Assembly (NCBI RefSeq): GCF_963676685.1
Contig: NC_092348.1
Coordinates: 992,001 to 1,056,000, forward strand
DNA from: Mytilus edulis
Lineage: Eukaryota
Direction of reading: 5' to 3'
DNA length: 64,000 nucleotides
The translations under genes were made by a program, and so were the position numbers. The notes below the pieces were generated by a model, which saw only the letters and a list, made by a program, of their open reading frames with translations, did no database searches and was not told the DNA's origin. Positions 51,951-64,000 of this stretch are shown here, piece by piece; the first letter of the stretch is position 1, and each line of letters begins with the position of its first letter.

Positions 51951-53112
51951 CCGATTTTTCTTTTCTTTAAAAGCTTAACTTGTCATTATAATTTATATTC
52001 ATCACAGTACTGCCAACGAAGTGAAAAAAATATATATAAAAATAAAATAAATGAATGATTCGGATAAGATGGTTCAATTTCGAACCGGTTTAGTGTTAAA
52101 CCACAAAGAAGGGCTAGAATAAAATTCATAAATGTTAACATCGAACTAATAGGAGATGAGCATATTTAGCGATATTAGTCAAAATAATCAGACAAGAAAG
52201 GTCGCGTACGTTTCTATATGCATGGTTAGGGGTAGATAATTTATGTATTAGAACGTTTGAACCCCATGGCTGTCAAGAGATCATTTTCTATTTTACTTCG
52301 ATAGGACTATGCCCATATATATACGACTGAAAAGTTATGTTATAAAGTCACTATTTATTCAGGACTTTGATCAAGTTTGAAGTTCAATTATATATGCAAC
52401 CGTACGGACTTTAACAATTAGAAAAACCAATACCTTATTATATTTGGCTATAAAAGGCTATAGATTTTGAGAGAAACCTTTTACAAAAGACAAATAAATA
52501 AAATCAAATTGCATTAAGTAATATCACTCAGGCAAATGTCTACATTCTCGAGCAGCGGTTCATTAGTAATTTTACAAATCAGTACTTGTATGTTAACATA
52601 AATATTGACCTATAGAAAGCAAGAGTACTTTTGTAGTTTGTTTCATATCATGATATTGTATTAAGTCACTTCCTCGTTATGGGATGGGACTTGTCTGCAT
52701 ACACCATATATGAAGCTCCATAAAGGGAGGGGATGTCCCTCCTTAATCTACAGAGTTTAATCGTTTGTATCTCAACCAATTACCCCTTTAATGTAATTGT
52801 GGTTCTGTAAATAAATGCTGATGTTGTATTTCATATATATGACTAGAAAAAAAGATAAAGTTTTCTTATGCATCTGACAGCAGCTTGGGCAATTTTCCTC
52901 ACAAATGTGTAATGAAATAGTTGGGTGGTATTAAAAAATTCTTAATACACTCTATAACTATAAACACAATTTCACCAAAGTTGTGATATCATATTGATAA
53001 AAAAACACCGGACATCCACTAAAAAAAAACTATTTGTACAGAAAAACAAGTATATCTTTTCTTCAGATGCAGAACCTCAACTTTATAATTTGAACTAAAA
53101 CCAATACTAATC

Positions 53113-56100
53113 ATGACCAAGAAAAAGAAACAAAACAATGATCCAATGAAAGGACAGGTAAACAAAGGAATGGACACGTCAAGTGTGTTCACGATCGAAT
53201 CGAGTGCGTCCAATTGGCGCGAGTCAAGGGAAACACTCACAACAGATACACACACGCCAGTTCAAATGTCTCGAAGAAATTCTTTTTCGTCCGCAATGGA
53301 GAGTGGAAGTATATTTTCTGGCAGTATTGGTTCCGTGCCATCAAAGGCGAGTGCAGCATTATCTACGGACGCATTGTTATTGAAGCAGAAAACAGAAGAT
53401 ATTGAAGGACAATCGACTGAACGTGAATCGTGGGATAATAAAGTACAATATCTCTTAGCCGTCGTCGGGTTCGCTGTAGGACTTGGAAATGTCTGGAGAT
53501 TTCCCTACCTAGCACAGAAAAACGGAGGAGGTAAGTCAGGCTACACGAATTGTCTGTTAGGAATGGTATAATCTATGTGTGGTGGCATGAGATACAAGTT
53601 CCTTTATTATAATTGTTCAAATGTAATTTTATTTCTATGAATAGTCAGAGATTCCATAAAGAACTATTACAATATAAGTTTATAAACGGGTTAATAATAT
53701 AATTCCATTGATTCAGATAATTTTCTGTTTATATAAGAAAACAGATATGGTATGCTTACCTATCTGAAAACTCTTCACTCGATCAGTCAATGCCATAGAA
53801 ATTAACGACAATGAGCAAAACCATTGCCACAAGACTGGAACAACAAACTTTGATAGTGGTACTATTCCTCCCTCTTGGAGATCATAATCATTTCCATGAT
53901 AGTCCTTTGGCCTCTGGATCATTATTTTCTCTTTCTCTTTGTTTTCTCATATGTGTATTTTGTTTTTTCTGTTTTTAATTGACCCTGTTACATCAATGCA
54001 AATTAAAACAACATTAAACTTAGCATAAAACGTTTCAAAAAGGAATAAAATGCGAAGTCATATATTATATGACTAATTTGATGGGTGTGTATAACCTGTA
54101 AAATATATGCTTATTATCTTCTGAGAGAAGTTACAAAGAAGGCGATATCACATAATGGTTTATAATAACCAGTTTTGGCAACCACTTTGCAATGCTCTTT
54201 ACAATGCTCATCATTTGAAAGGAAAATATATGACAAAGCAAATGTTTAGAGACCCCAAAAAGTATTATAAATCTTTCAAATAATACCCTTCATGTGTTCA
54301 ACAGCAAGTTTGCAGTATCATTTATATCTAATTTACTTATTGGTTGTGTTCAGTGATTTTATACAACACTGTCAAACTCACTTTGAAATTTTTCAATAAC
54401 TTTTAAAATGAGCACACAGAAGAAAATACCAGTGTCATATTATGGTGAACTCTATGTCATAGAAGACATAGTTATGAAATATATGCCACTGAACCATCAA
54501 CAATTTTACAGTTCACCATTTCTGTTTATTTTTTAGAAAGTTTACAATTTTGAAAATTTTTAGTGATATTCATGCTTTCCAAGTTTAAAAAATGTAAGGT
54601 AATTTCAGACTTATACCTTTTAATTACAGGTGCTTTTCTTATTCCATATGTCATAATGTTGGCAATCGAGGGCATTCCTTTGTTTTACCTTGAACTTGCA
54701 GTAGGTCAAAGGTTACGGAAAGGAGCCATAGGAGCATGGAATGAAGTTAGTCCCTTTTTAGGCGGGATTGGAATAGCTTGCTGTTTTGTCTCGTTTTGGG
54801 TAGCGTTATACTATAACACTATTATTGCCTGGTGTCTGTATTATTTAGTGCTGAGTTTCCGAGCTACCTTACCATGGGCAGCATGTCCAGATCCGGTACC
54901 AAAGGAGTGCAATGTAAGTATGGTATAGGTATACAATATTGTTAGAGGCCAGCTGAAGCTTGCATCCGGGTGCGTGATTTTCTAGCTGCGTTGGCGACCC
55001 ATCGGTGGCCTTGAACTTTTTTCTTCTCTTCTGTCGGGTTGTTGTCTCCTTGACACATTCCCCGTTCCCGTATACTCTATTAAATGCATCATTTTCTTTT
55101 CGTTCCTGACTACAACTAGATTGACCTTACCCTGAGTGTACGACGGTGCTCCAGTGGCGGATCAAGGAAAAAAAGGGGGGTCCGAGTGTACGACGTGGTG
55201 CTCATAAAAATACCAACAAACTGACAGAGCCTATCTGCTGATATGACAAACTCATCTAGAGGTGTTTGTTTTATGCTTCATACAAAACAATGTTTTGTTT
55301 AGAGCCATATTTACTCAATCTTAAAGTGGCAGATCGATACATCTACAGTAAATTTAGATGTTCAAACATCAAAATCCCTGTCGAAGTTGGTCGGTGGAAA
55401 AATACACCAAGAGAAAATCGTATATGCTGTCACTGCGATTCAAATACCATTGGTGACGAATATCATTATTTTTTTGTATGTTCCAATAAACAAATTATGT
55501 CTTTAAGAGAAAGGTATATACCTACATATTACATAAAAAATCCTTCCCAATTGAAATTTATTGGTCTATTATCACACTGTAACGTGCCAGTGCTAACAAA
55601 AGTGTGCATGTTTCTAAGACATATTGAAAAAAATATTTTCATAATTCATAGCATGTTACTATAATTTCTAACCACGTTGCAATTAAGAATTTTGCAAACA
55701 AATCAACCAAATATATTTCAGTTTTATTGTATGATATCAATTATTAATCTATTGTGTGACTTTCTTGTAAATGTATAAGTATGTATGTAATTTTTAATGT
55801 ATAATTTTTATCCTCTTGTAGCACCATACGTGTGCCTAAGTTGTAATAAATTGTCTTGTCTTATCTTATTATTTTCTATTAATGAAATTTGACAAATTTA
55901 TGTTGACCCTATAATTTCCGTTTTATAGATGAGCAGTCCGACAACTTATTTCTGGTACAGAAAGACTTTAGATATTTCGTCATCTGTAGAGGAAACTGGA
56001 AACCTGAACTGGTGGATATTGGTTTCGTTGTTCGTAGCTTGGCTTATTGTGTTCATGTGCATGATTAAAGGGATTGCATCTTCCGGTAAAGTAAGTTATT

Positions 56101-59100
56101 ACAGAAAGACTGGACGATCATTTTAACTAATCAAATAGATATAGGAAGATGAGGTATGAGTGATAATGAGACAACTCTCCATCCAAGTCACAATTTATAA
56201 TGGCAAACCATCATTAATCAAGGTACGGTCTTCAACACGAAGCCTTGGCGCACATGATACATCGAACAACACGGTATAAAGGGCGCTATAAAGGGCCCCG
56301 ACAATTACTAGTGCAAAACCTTTCAAACGGGAAAACCAACGGTCCTATCTGTATAAAAAAGACCATTCCTCTTCAGTATTTTCCATATGATGTTTTTTTT
56401 TTAAATTGTAAACCTTTTCGAAAATTTCTTTCGTTTAATTGCTTAATTATTTTGGAAGTCTTATTTTACAAAGTAACTACCTTTGTTTTACTTTCAATGT
56501 TTCTTTTAATAGCCTAAAATGCATCAATCATGCATAATCCATCTCTAGCTAAGGGGGTAAATTGAAGTTCACACGAATACGGAATTAATGGGGTCAAATT
56601 ATTCACTTACAAGTGAATAATTCATCATCGATGTTTCTTAGCTGTTTCTTAGCTTATTTTGACAAAATTGAACTATACTGGCTGCAATAAGCGAATTATT
56701 ATCAATATTCCACTTTCATTAATAGACGAAAAAAAAATATGTATCTCGTAGCTAGTGTCCCTTTAACTCAGCTTTACTATTTCATAGGTTGTGTATGTCA
56801 CTGCAACATTTCCATATTTGGTGTTGATCATTTTCTTCTTCCGTGGAGTAACTTTAGAAGGATTTCAGCATGGCCTAGAATATTTCTTCGTACCGGATGT
56901 AAGTATTTACATAGATAAGTAAGTAAGTAAGTAAGTAATAAGTAAGTAATGACCTTATATAAGAGGGTGACTCAATTAGCAAACACTAATCAACCGTCAG
57001 ATATTGCTGTACAGACGAAAGCATTACTTTAATTGTACTAGTATGTGTTTTGATTTACTATGCGTTTGTTCTTCTTGTTACAAACAAAGGGACGGCATTT
57101 AACATTCTATGTTCATACGTAATAAGTTGAATGTTAATATTCCGTCTACACTCTGATTAGAACAAATGTTAATATGATTGTTATGCCCCACCTACGATAG
57201 TAGAGGGGCATTATGTTTTCTAGTCTGTACGTCCGTTCGTCTGTCCGTCCGTCTGTCTGTCTGTCTGTGCGTCCGTTCTGCTTCAGGTTAAAGTTTTTGG
57301 TCAAGGTAGTTTTTGATGAAGTTGAAGTTCAATCAACTTTAAACTTTGTACACATGTTACCCATGATATGATATTTTCTAATTTTAATGCCAAATTAAAG
57401 ATTTGACCCCAATTTCACGGTCCACTGAACATAGAAAATGATAGTGAAAAGTTCAGGTTAAAGTTTTTGGTCAAGGTAGTTTTTGATGAAGTTGAAGTCG
57501 ACTCAAAAATGAATCAACTTGAAACTTAGTACACATGTTCCCCATGATATAATCTTTCTAATTTAAATGACAAATTAAAGTTTTGACCCCAATTTCACGG
57601 TCCACTGAACATGGAAAATGAGTGGGCATCGGTGTACTATGGACACATTCTTGTTTTTACTTCAAACAAGGTAATAAAAATACAATACAGTTCTTATATT
57701 TATATTCAAAATTTATTTTTGTGAACTTGATCAAATCAAATATTTTATTGGATGAAGGACATATAACCTTTGTAATTTTGCGTCATTTATCTGTACAACA
57801 TATATACAACATGACAAATACAGACGTTAAATTGTTACATAAAACATGTTAACCGTGATAGATAAAACAAATCCGTTCAGTATATTGTTGTACATACATG
57901 TATGTCTATTGTTTTTATGCCCCACCTACGATAGTAGAGGGGCATTATGTTTTCTGGTCTGTGCGTCCGTTCGTTCGTTCGTCCGTCCGTCTGTTCGTTC
58001 GTTCGTTCGTCTGTTCGTTCATCCGTCTGTCCCGCTTCAGGTTAAAGTTTTTGGTCAAGGTAGTTTTTGATGAAGTTGAAGTCCAATCAACTTGAAACTT
58101 AGTACACATGTTCCTTATGATATGATCTTTCTAATTTTAAAGCCAAATTAAACTTTTGACCCCAATTTCACGGTCCACTGAACATAGAAAATGAAAGTGC
58201 ATGTTTCAGGTTAAAGTTTTTGGTCAAGGTAGTTTTTGATGAAGTTGAAGTCCAATCAACTTAAAACTTAGTACAAATGTTCCCTATGATATTATCTTTC
58301 TAATTTTAATGCCTAATTATATTTTTTATCCAATTTCACGGTCCATTGAACATGGAAAATGATAGTGGGAGTGGGGCATCCGTGTACTTTGGACACATTC
58401 TTGTTAATGGTATATGTCGCCTCTCTTTAGGAACTTTATACATTATGTACGAATTCCCCAAAAGGTGTAAATCTTTCAATTGGAGACCATTTTAAAATGC
58501 GTAGAGGCAACAATATATTTTACTTTAAAGAGGACGATAATATTATGATTGTGAGCAACTATAATTTAATGTGGCCCTTTTTCCTTCATTCGTCTATGGT
58601 TTCACCACTCAACTACCCCTTTAATATTCTAAAATACGCCACGGAATAATGTTCATTTAAAAACATTAAATAACCATTATGCTGAGTATCTGTTCAAATA
58701 CGTACGCATCAGAACTTTCTACGTTTTAGAAACAATTTTACATACATCATTTTCCTCATTTATTGCAGTTTTCTAGATTAGCAGATCCACAAGTATGGTT
58801 AGAAGCAGCAACACAAATCTTCTTCTCATTAGGATTAGCCTTTGGTGGGCTGATCGCTTTCTCCTCCTATATGCCAGTCAGAAACAACTGTTATGTTGAC
58901 GCCATCTTGGTTTCAGTTATTAACTGTGGAACCTCCGTGTTTGCTGGAATTGTCATATTTTCTATATTAGGTAGTAATTACCCAAATTAAATGCATAGCA
59001 TATGTTTTTCCTGGAATGGTCATTTATTTTAATGTAATGTGGTTATTAACTGCAGAGCATCTGTTTTCGTCATAGATTTTATATCAAGTAGTTTTAATAA

Positions 59101-62100
59101 ACAACACTGCGTGATTCGTAAAAATATAGGTAATTAAAAAAATTGTTAGGAAGGACATTGATTATCAAAACCAAACTTTTGGAGGAAATTATTATGCTTC
59201 GTTTAGAAAGGAGTGGGGTTTACTAGTTTACCCTCGTCAGTCTTTCCACAGCATTCTGACAGCGGCCGTTTCTATGCAATGTACGTATCATTTAAGAGAA
59301 AAAGAAAATAATGATTGACGGGAGTCAGAATTATGTGCCGAAGTAGGTTGGCACACTTCATGCAGACTGTAACATTGTGGGGATCATACTCATAATCAAC
59401 TACGGAATTATGTTCTCGTCTTGAAAAAAACACCCCACATAACTTGCCACTGGACGTCTTACGGCAACACTGTATCATCATCAACTAGTTTATCTAAGTT
59501 AATGTGCACCTCGATGCAATGTTTTACCCAAAAATTAAAAAAAAAAAACCGATATGTAGCAATGAAAGTCTTTTTGATAGTATGGGGAAATAAAAAAAAG
59601 TTTTGGATCTGTTTTTTTAAAATATAGAATATGTTCCTTTATATTAAAAATTAAGTGGGATTTGACACTTTGAGATTTCTAATCTGCTCATATAGGAGAA
59701 ATTGGCCCTTCTCCTTTATCATTATATTATTGTTTGTTATAGGTTTTAAGGCTAACAACTCCTACAACGATTGCTTAGCAACAAAGAATAGCCAGCTGAT
59801 AAGCCTGTTTAACACAACAGACCTGACAGTACCAAAAGCTGGAACACAAACAACATTTACCCAGTTCGAACCATCTATTCAACGATGGATACAAAGACAA
59901 GGGATAATGCCTGAACTTCCAGTCTGTGATTTGCAAGCAGAGCTTCAAAAGGTAAAACTAACTATTTTGTGTTTAGACGTCAGCTGAACACTGCACTCGG
60001 CGGCGATATTTTCTCGCTGTGTTTAAGACCCATTGGTGGCCTTTGGCTGTTTTCTGCACTTTAGTCGGGTTGTTGTCTCTTTAACATATTCCCCATTTCC
60101 ATTTTCAATTTTGTTGCTTCTCCTTTCTCTGTATGTAAATAGGCATTTCTCATAGTTTTGGTTAACAGTTATGTTTACAGCTATAACGGCGATATCTAAC
60201 ACACATGTTAATTATTATTATTATAAAGAAAAACATAGAACAATGCATTTAATTATAGAAACAAATACAAGCGAGGACTGCATGTAGAAAATCTTTATTT
60301 TTCTTTTCACTTTTAAGATGTTAGATGCTATGACGTTTCAGGAATTGTGTATATAATTTACAGCATGGTATGAAATACAAAATGTATTTTGCTAAGTTGT
60401 CTTTAACATTCCCGCATTTTTTTTATAAACCTGTGTATATTATCTTTTCAGTCGGGTTCAGGAACAGGACTTGCCTTTATTGCATTTACAGAAGCCATAA
60501 ACCAATTCCCAGCAGCACCATTCTGGTCGATCTTGTTCTTCCTGATGTTACTGACACTTGGGTTAGACAGTATGTTCGGTACACTAGAGGGCGTGGTGAC
60601 CTCTATAATGGACATGAACCTCATAACTAACTTGAGAAAAGATGTATTAGCAGGTAATTAGATTTGCCGTTTAGAATCACGACAAGTATTACTAGATCTC
60701 CATGTAATTTATTGTTAACTTACAGCATTATCATTGGAGATGTTAAAACAAACAAGACTGAATATTAAACGTGTCATAATACTAATTGCACAAAATAGTT
60801 TTATTGACAAGGTTTCTAAAACAATTAATACAATTCGGAATTTATTCGATTTATTCAACTCTTTAAAATTCGTATTTTGTTTGGCCTTCTAACAGTGCTG
60901 ATTCGATTGAATACATTATATTTCAGATCTACTATGTGCTGTTTCCCTAAACTATAATAATTGTTATTTAGTGAACAACTATTTCGTGTGTTATATTTCA
61001 GATCTACTATGTGCTGTTTCCTTACTATTGTTATTTAGTGAACAACTATTTCGTGTTTTTATTTCGTGTGTTATATTTCAGGTGTACTATGTGCTGTTTC
61101 CCTTCTGATGTCCTTTGGTTTTGCCACACAGAATGGACCATACATTTTTGTTCTTTTTGATGAATTTAGTGGCAATATTCCATTATTAGTTATTGCATTT
61201 TTCGAAGTCATTGGAATAAGTTACTTTTATGGACTTAAACGGTATGGTATGATTTATTGCTTGAAGTGTCGAATCTGCATTTAGATTGATAAGGGTTGTC
61301 AATCACTAAATAGTAGAACTTGAAATTATACGACAACGGCCTATGATATGGCAAATGCCGTCGGAATTACAAGCATGCAGGTCATAATTTCGAGTTTCTG
61401 CACATTCTTTTGAACTAGGAAACTTCACAAGTCTTCATCAAACTTTGCTTTGTTATACCCCATATAATGATTTAATGATCTGGAGGTAAAAACTTAAGGT
61501 CAAAGGTTAAAATTTGTGTAAATGTTTGAACTATAATTTCGACTTTTATCTAACAAGATGCAACGATGCCCCATTACGTCAGTTTAACGATGCCCCATTA
61601 CGTCAGTTTAACGATGCCCCATTACGTGAGTTTAACGATGCCCCATTACGTGAGTTTAACGATGCCCCATTACGTGAGTTTAACGATGCCCCATTTCGTC
61701 GGTTTAACGATGCTCCATTACGTGAGTTTAACGATGCCCCATTACGTGATTTTATCGATGCCCATTACGTCAGTTTAACGATGCCCCATTACGTCAGTTT
61801 AACGATTTTGGTGTCAACCTATGAAAAGTCAAGGTCACAGCAGTTATTTCATGTTATTTATAGACAGACATTTTGTTAAAAAATAAGTATTAATAGCCTG
61901 AAATAAATTCGAAATATTTGTGTGTTGGATAATATCTTTAAACCCTATGTCCAACTTTTACCAAACTTGCCTTGGTAAAACTTCATGAGATGGAGAATCA
62001 TAAACTAGATCTTTACAGCTTCTTATTTTTTAAGCTATATTATATTGCAAAGTCATATAATGATATAGGAAGATAGAACGAAACACTGAAATGCAGACCC

Positions 62101-63428
62101 TGATAATTTTGTTTACCTGGTAATCATACCACATCTTCTTTTTATAATGATTCGTCTTTTTGAAAAAGATGAATCATGTATTCTTAATTCCTTCATAATT
62201 CTAACCGATTTCATTTTAGATTTGGAGATGATATATCTTTAATGATTGGATACAGACCAAATTATTACTGGTTGATTATGTGGAAATATGTATCACCTTT
62301 AGCAATCATCGTCATATTCTTAGCGAGTGTGATAAAAATGGCGGTTACCGGTACAACATACGATGCTTGGGATTCTACAACGGTAAGTGAATAAAGATTT
62401 AAATTACATTTGCTCACATTACCAGAAGGCCATTTTGGCCAGAGTATTTAAGTAGTCATCGACAAATTATCATTAGCCTAAAAACTGAGGTTCTGTTACT
62501 TTATACCCCACTCGAGGTAGGTGCATTTATCTATCTTATCTATGACTGTTATGTTTTCCTGCCAAAAGTCGGTTGAGGTTCTCTTTAAACACCACGGCTT
62601 TCTCAGCCAACAAATAAAGGCAACAGTAGTATGCCGCTGTTCGAAAGTCGTAAATAGATTAAAAGAAAACTAATCCGGGTTACAAACTAAAACCGAGGGA
62701 AACACATCAACCATAAGAGGAAAACATATAAATCTAAAACAAACTGACAACGCCATGGCTAACAATGAAAAAGACTAAATAAATTTACAAGTGGAGGCAA
62801 TCCTTTTGGGTCAAATCAATTAAAGAATATACAATTATACATACATGTGAACCTCCCGATTGGCGTACAATAATTCCGTTTTCAGGTGTCTCAATATTTC
62901 ATTGGTAGCATCAATATTGTTTAGCTTGTGATGAGGTCACGCACACGAGACATATCCACAGTTTTATCCTTTAAAATGAATATTAACTCGGAAGTGGACC
63001 AAGTGTTATTAACAATATTTTGAATAGTATTGATCTGACTTTGGGAGGGATTAATTCTTTTGCTTGGGGTACATGTTAATGACTTGAATAATATCAACAA
63101 TTTAACTAGAACACGAGAATACAATTGAAAATGTTAAATTATTTACATAATTTAAAAAGTGTTTGCTATCATATTGTAATTCCAGGCAACAACGACAGCT
63201 TTATCATGGCCGGGAGGACATAAATTTGTTGCAGCATTTTTAATTCTTACTGCAGTTCTTTGGATACCAGGTGTAGCTTTAGTAAAGTATTTTCGGTTGA
63301 TAAAATGGGAACCTGAGACACCCGCTTATTTTCCTGAAGAAGAACTGAAAATAGAAAAGGAACTTAAAATATATGAGCCTTCAGATATGGAAAGAAAATT
63401 CTTCTACTGGAGAGAGGTTTTGGATTGA
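53113..63428 (+). CDS. SLC6 sodium-dependent neutral amino-acid transporter (B0AT / SLC6A15-20-like), 10 coding exons: 53113-53530, 54630-54913, 55929-56090, 56788-56898, 58769-58970, 59743-59951, 60452-60653, 61082-61241, 62220-62382, 63186-63428
   Basis: [43 protein letters not shown]...ELAVGQR; [16 protein letters not shown]; [13 protein letters not shown]; [26 protein letters not shown]; [13 protein letters not shown]; canonical splice sites; TGA at 63426-63428. Confidence 0.96.
55215..55870 (+). mobile_element. 5'-truncated LINE (RTE-X-like) 3' end in SLC6 intron 2
   Basis: [17 protein letters not shown]...NRICCHC...[10 protein letters not shown], then AATAAA and a (TTGTC/TTATC)n tail. 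Confidence 0.8.
57181..58405 (+). mobile_element. Two adjacent HINE-like elements (57181-57655 and 57912-58405), each with a CGTT/CTGT microsatellite and two internal repeat units
   Basis: Both begin TTATGCCCCACCTACGATAGTAGAGGGGCATTATG and end GGGCATC(C/G)GTGTACT(A/T)TGGACACATTCTTGTT; partial minus-strand copy at ~40975-41250. Confidence 0.75.
61559..61806. repeat. 24-bp minisatellite, ~10 copies, in SLC6 intron 8
   Basis: TTTAACGATGCCCCATTACGT(C/G)AG. Confidence 0.95.
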
Positions 63429-64000
63429 TGATAACTCCAAACGTAGTATCCTATTTAATAAGAAAATGTGATCTCATATTGCAGCATTTTAACAGTTCGA
63501 ACTATATATTCAGAATCTTCATATTAAAAGAGACATTAATTTTAATGCAGTAATGCAATCAGGATTTTATACATAGATATATTTTTATATGAGTGAATAA
63601 GTACAGTGATAGTGCTGATGAAAGATTTTATACATGGAGTTTTATATATGTCTGTCAAGAACAGTGATGAAAAATTGTATAGTTTGAAGAAAAATAGACA
63701 ATACATTTCATGTCAATCATGTAATCCGAGGCTTTTAGGATTCATGTAATTTATATTTTACTTGTAATATTTTGATTTTAGTGCAATAAAACTTATTTTT
63801 ATTTTGTACAATTATTTGTTGTGATATTAAGATAAAAAAATAAATCAATGGATTGCATAAAACCACAAATATAAAAGAACCTTTATTATATAGCTGTAAT
63901 TTTACCTCCATTGCGTATGAATAATCTAAAAAGTGTTGAAATACATTTAGGTTGTTCAAAAAAAAAATCATTAGAATTGAGAGGGAATCATTTGAATTTC

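Noticed and set aside
61514-61879. FNDAPLRE-repeat ORF, and a superficially CRISPR-like array
   Set aside because: 24-bp head-to-tail minisatellite in an SLC6 intron; no unique spacers, no cas genes, eukaryotic context

Overview
AT-rich, intron-rich animal genomic DNA, very probably a bivalve mollusc (Mytilus-like, inferred from the repeat families and hammerhead 'retrozyme' repeats). The left part holds housekeeping genes: the 3' end of TPX2 (+), a complete 7-exon PSMG2 (-) and a 5-exon flavin-containing monooxygenase (+). The right part holds a complete 10-exon SLC6 (B0AT-like) amino-acid transporter (+). Between them (~29.7-48.8 kb) is a tandemly duplicated innate-immune cassette on the minus strand: [TIR-unknown domain-BIR-BIR gene] followed by [ankyrin-repeat + cGAS-like/Mab-21 nucleotidyltransferase (cGLR) gene]. 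The right copy has an intact 509-aa TIR-BIR ORF and an ANK-cGLR interrupted only by two homopolymer frameshifts. The left copy is pseudogenised. A B-box/coiled-coil (TRIM-like) relic lies inside the cassette. The window also contains type I hammerhead ribozyme repeats, hAT/MULE/Kolobok-like non-autonomous DNA elements with recognisable TIRs and TSDs, Helentron-associated (HINE-like) elements, Penelope and LINE fragments, several satellites, recurrent tandem duplications of splice-acceptor/exon-start junctions, and two assembly gaps. All calls come from manual reading; no searches were run.
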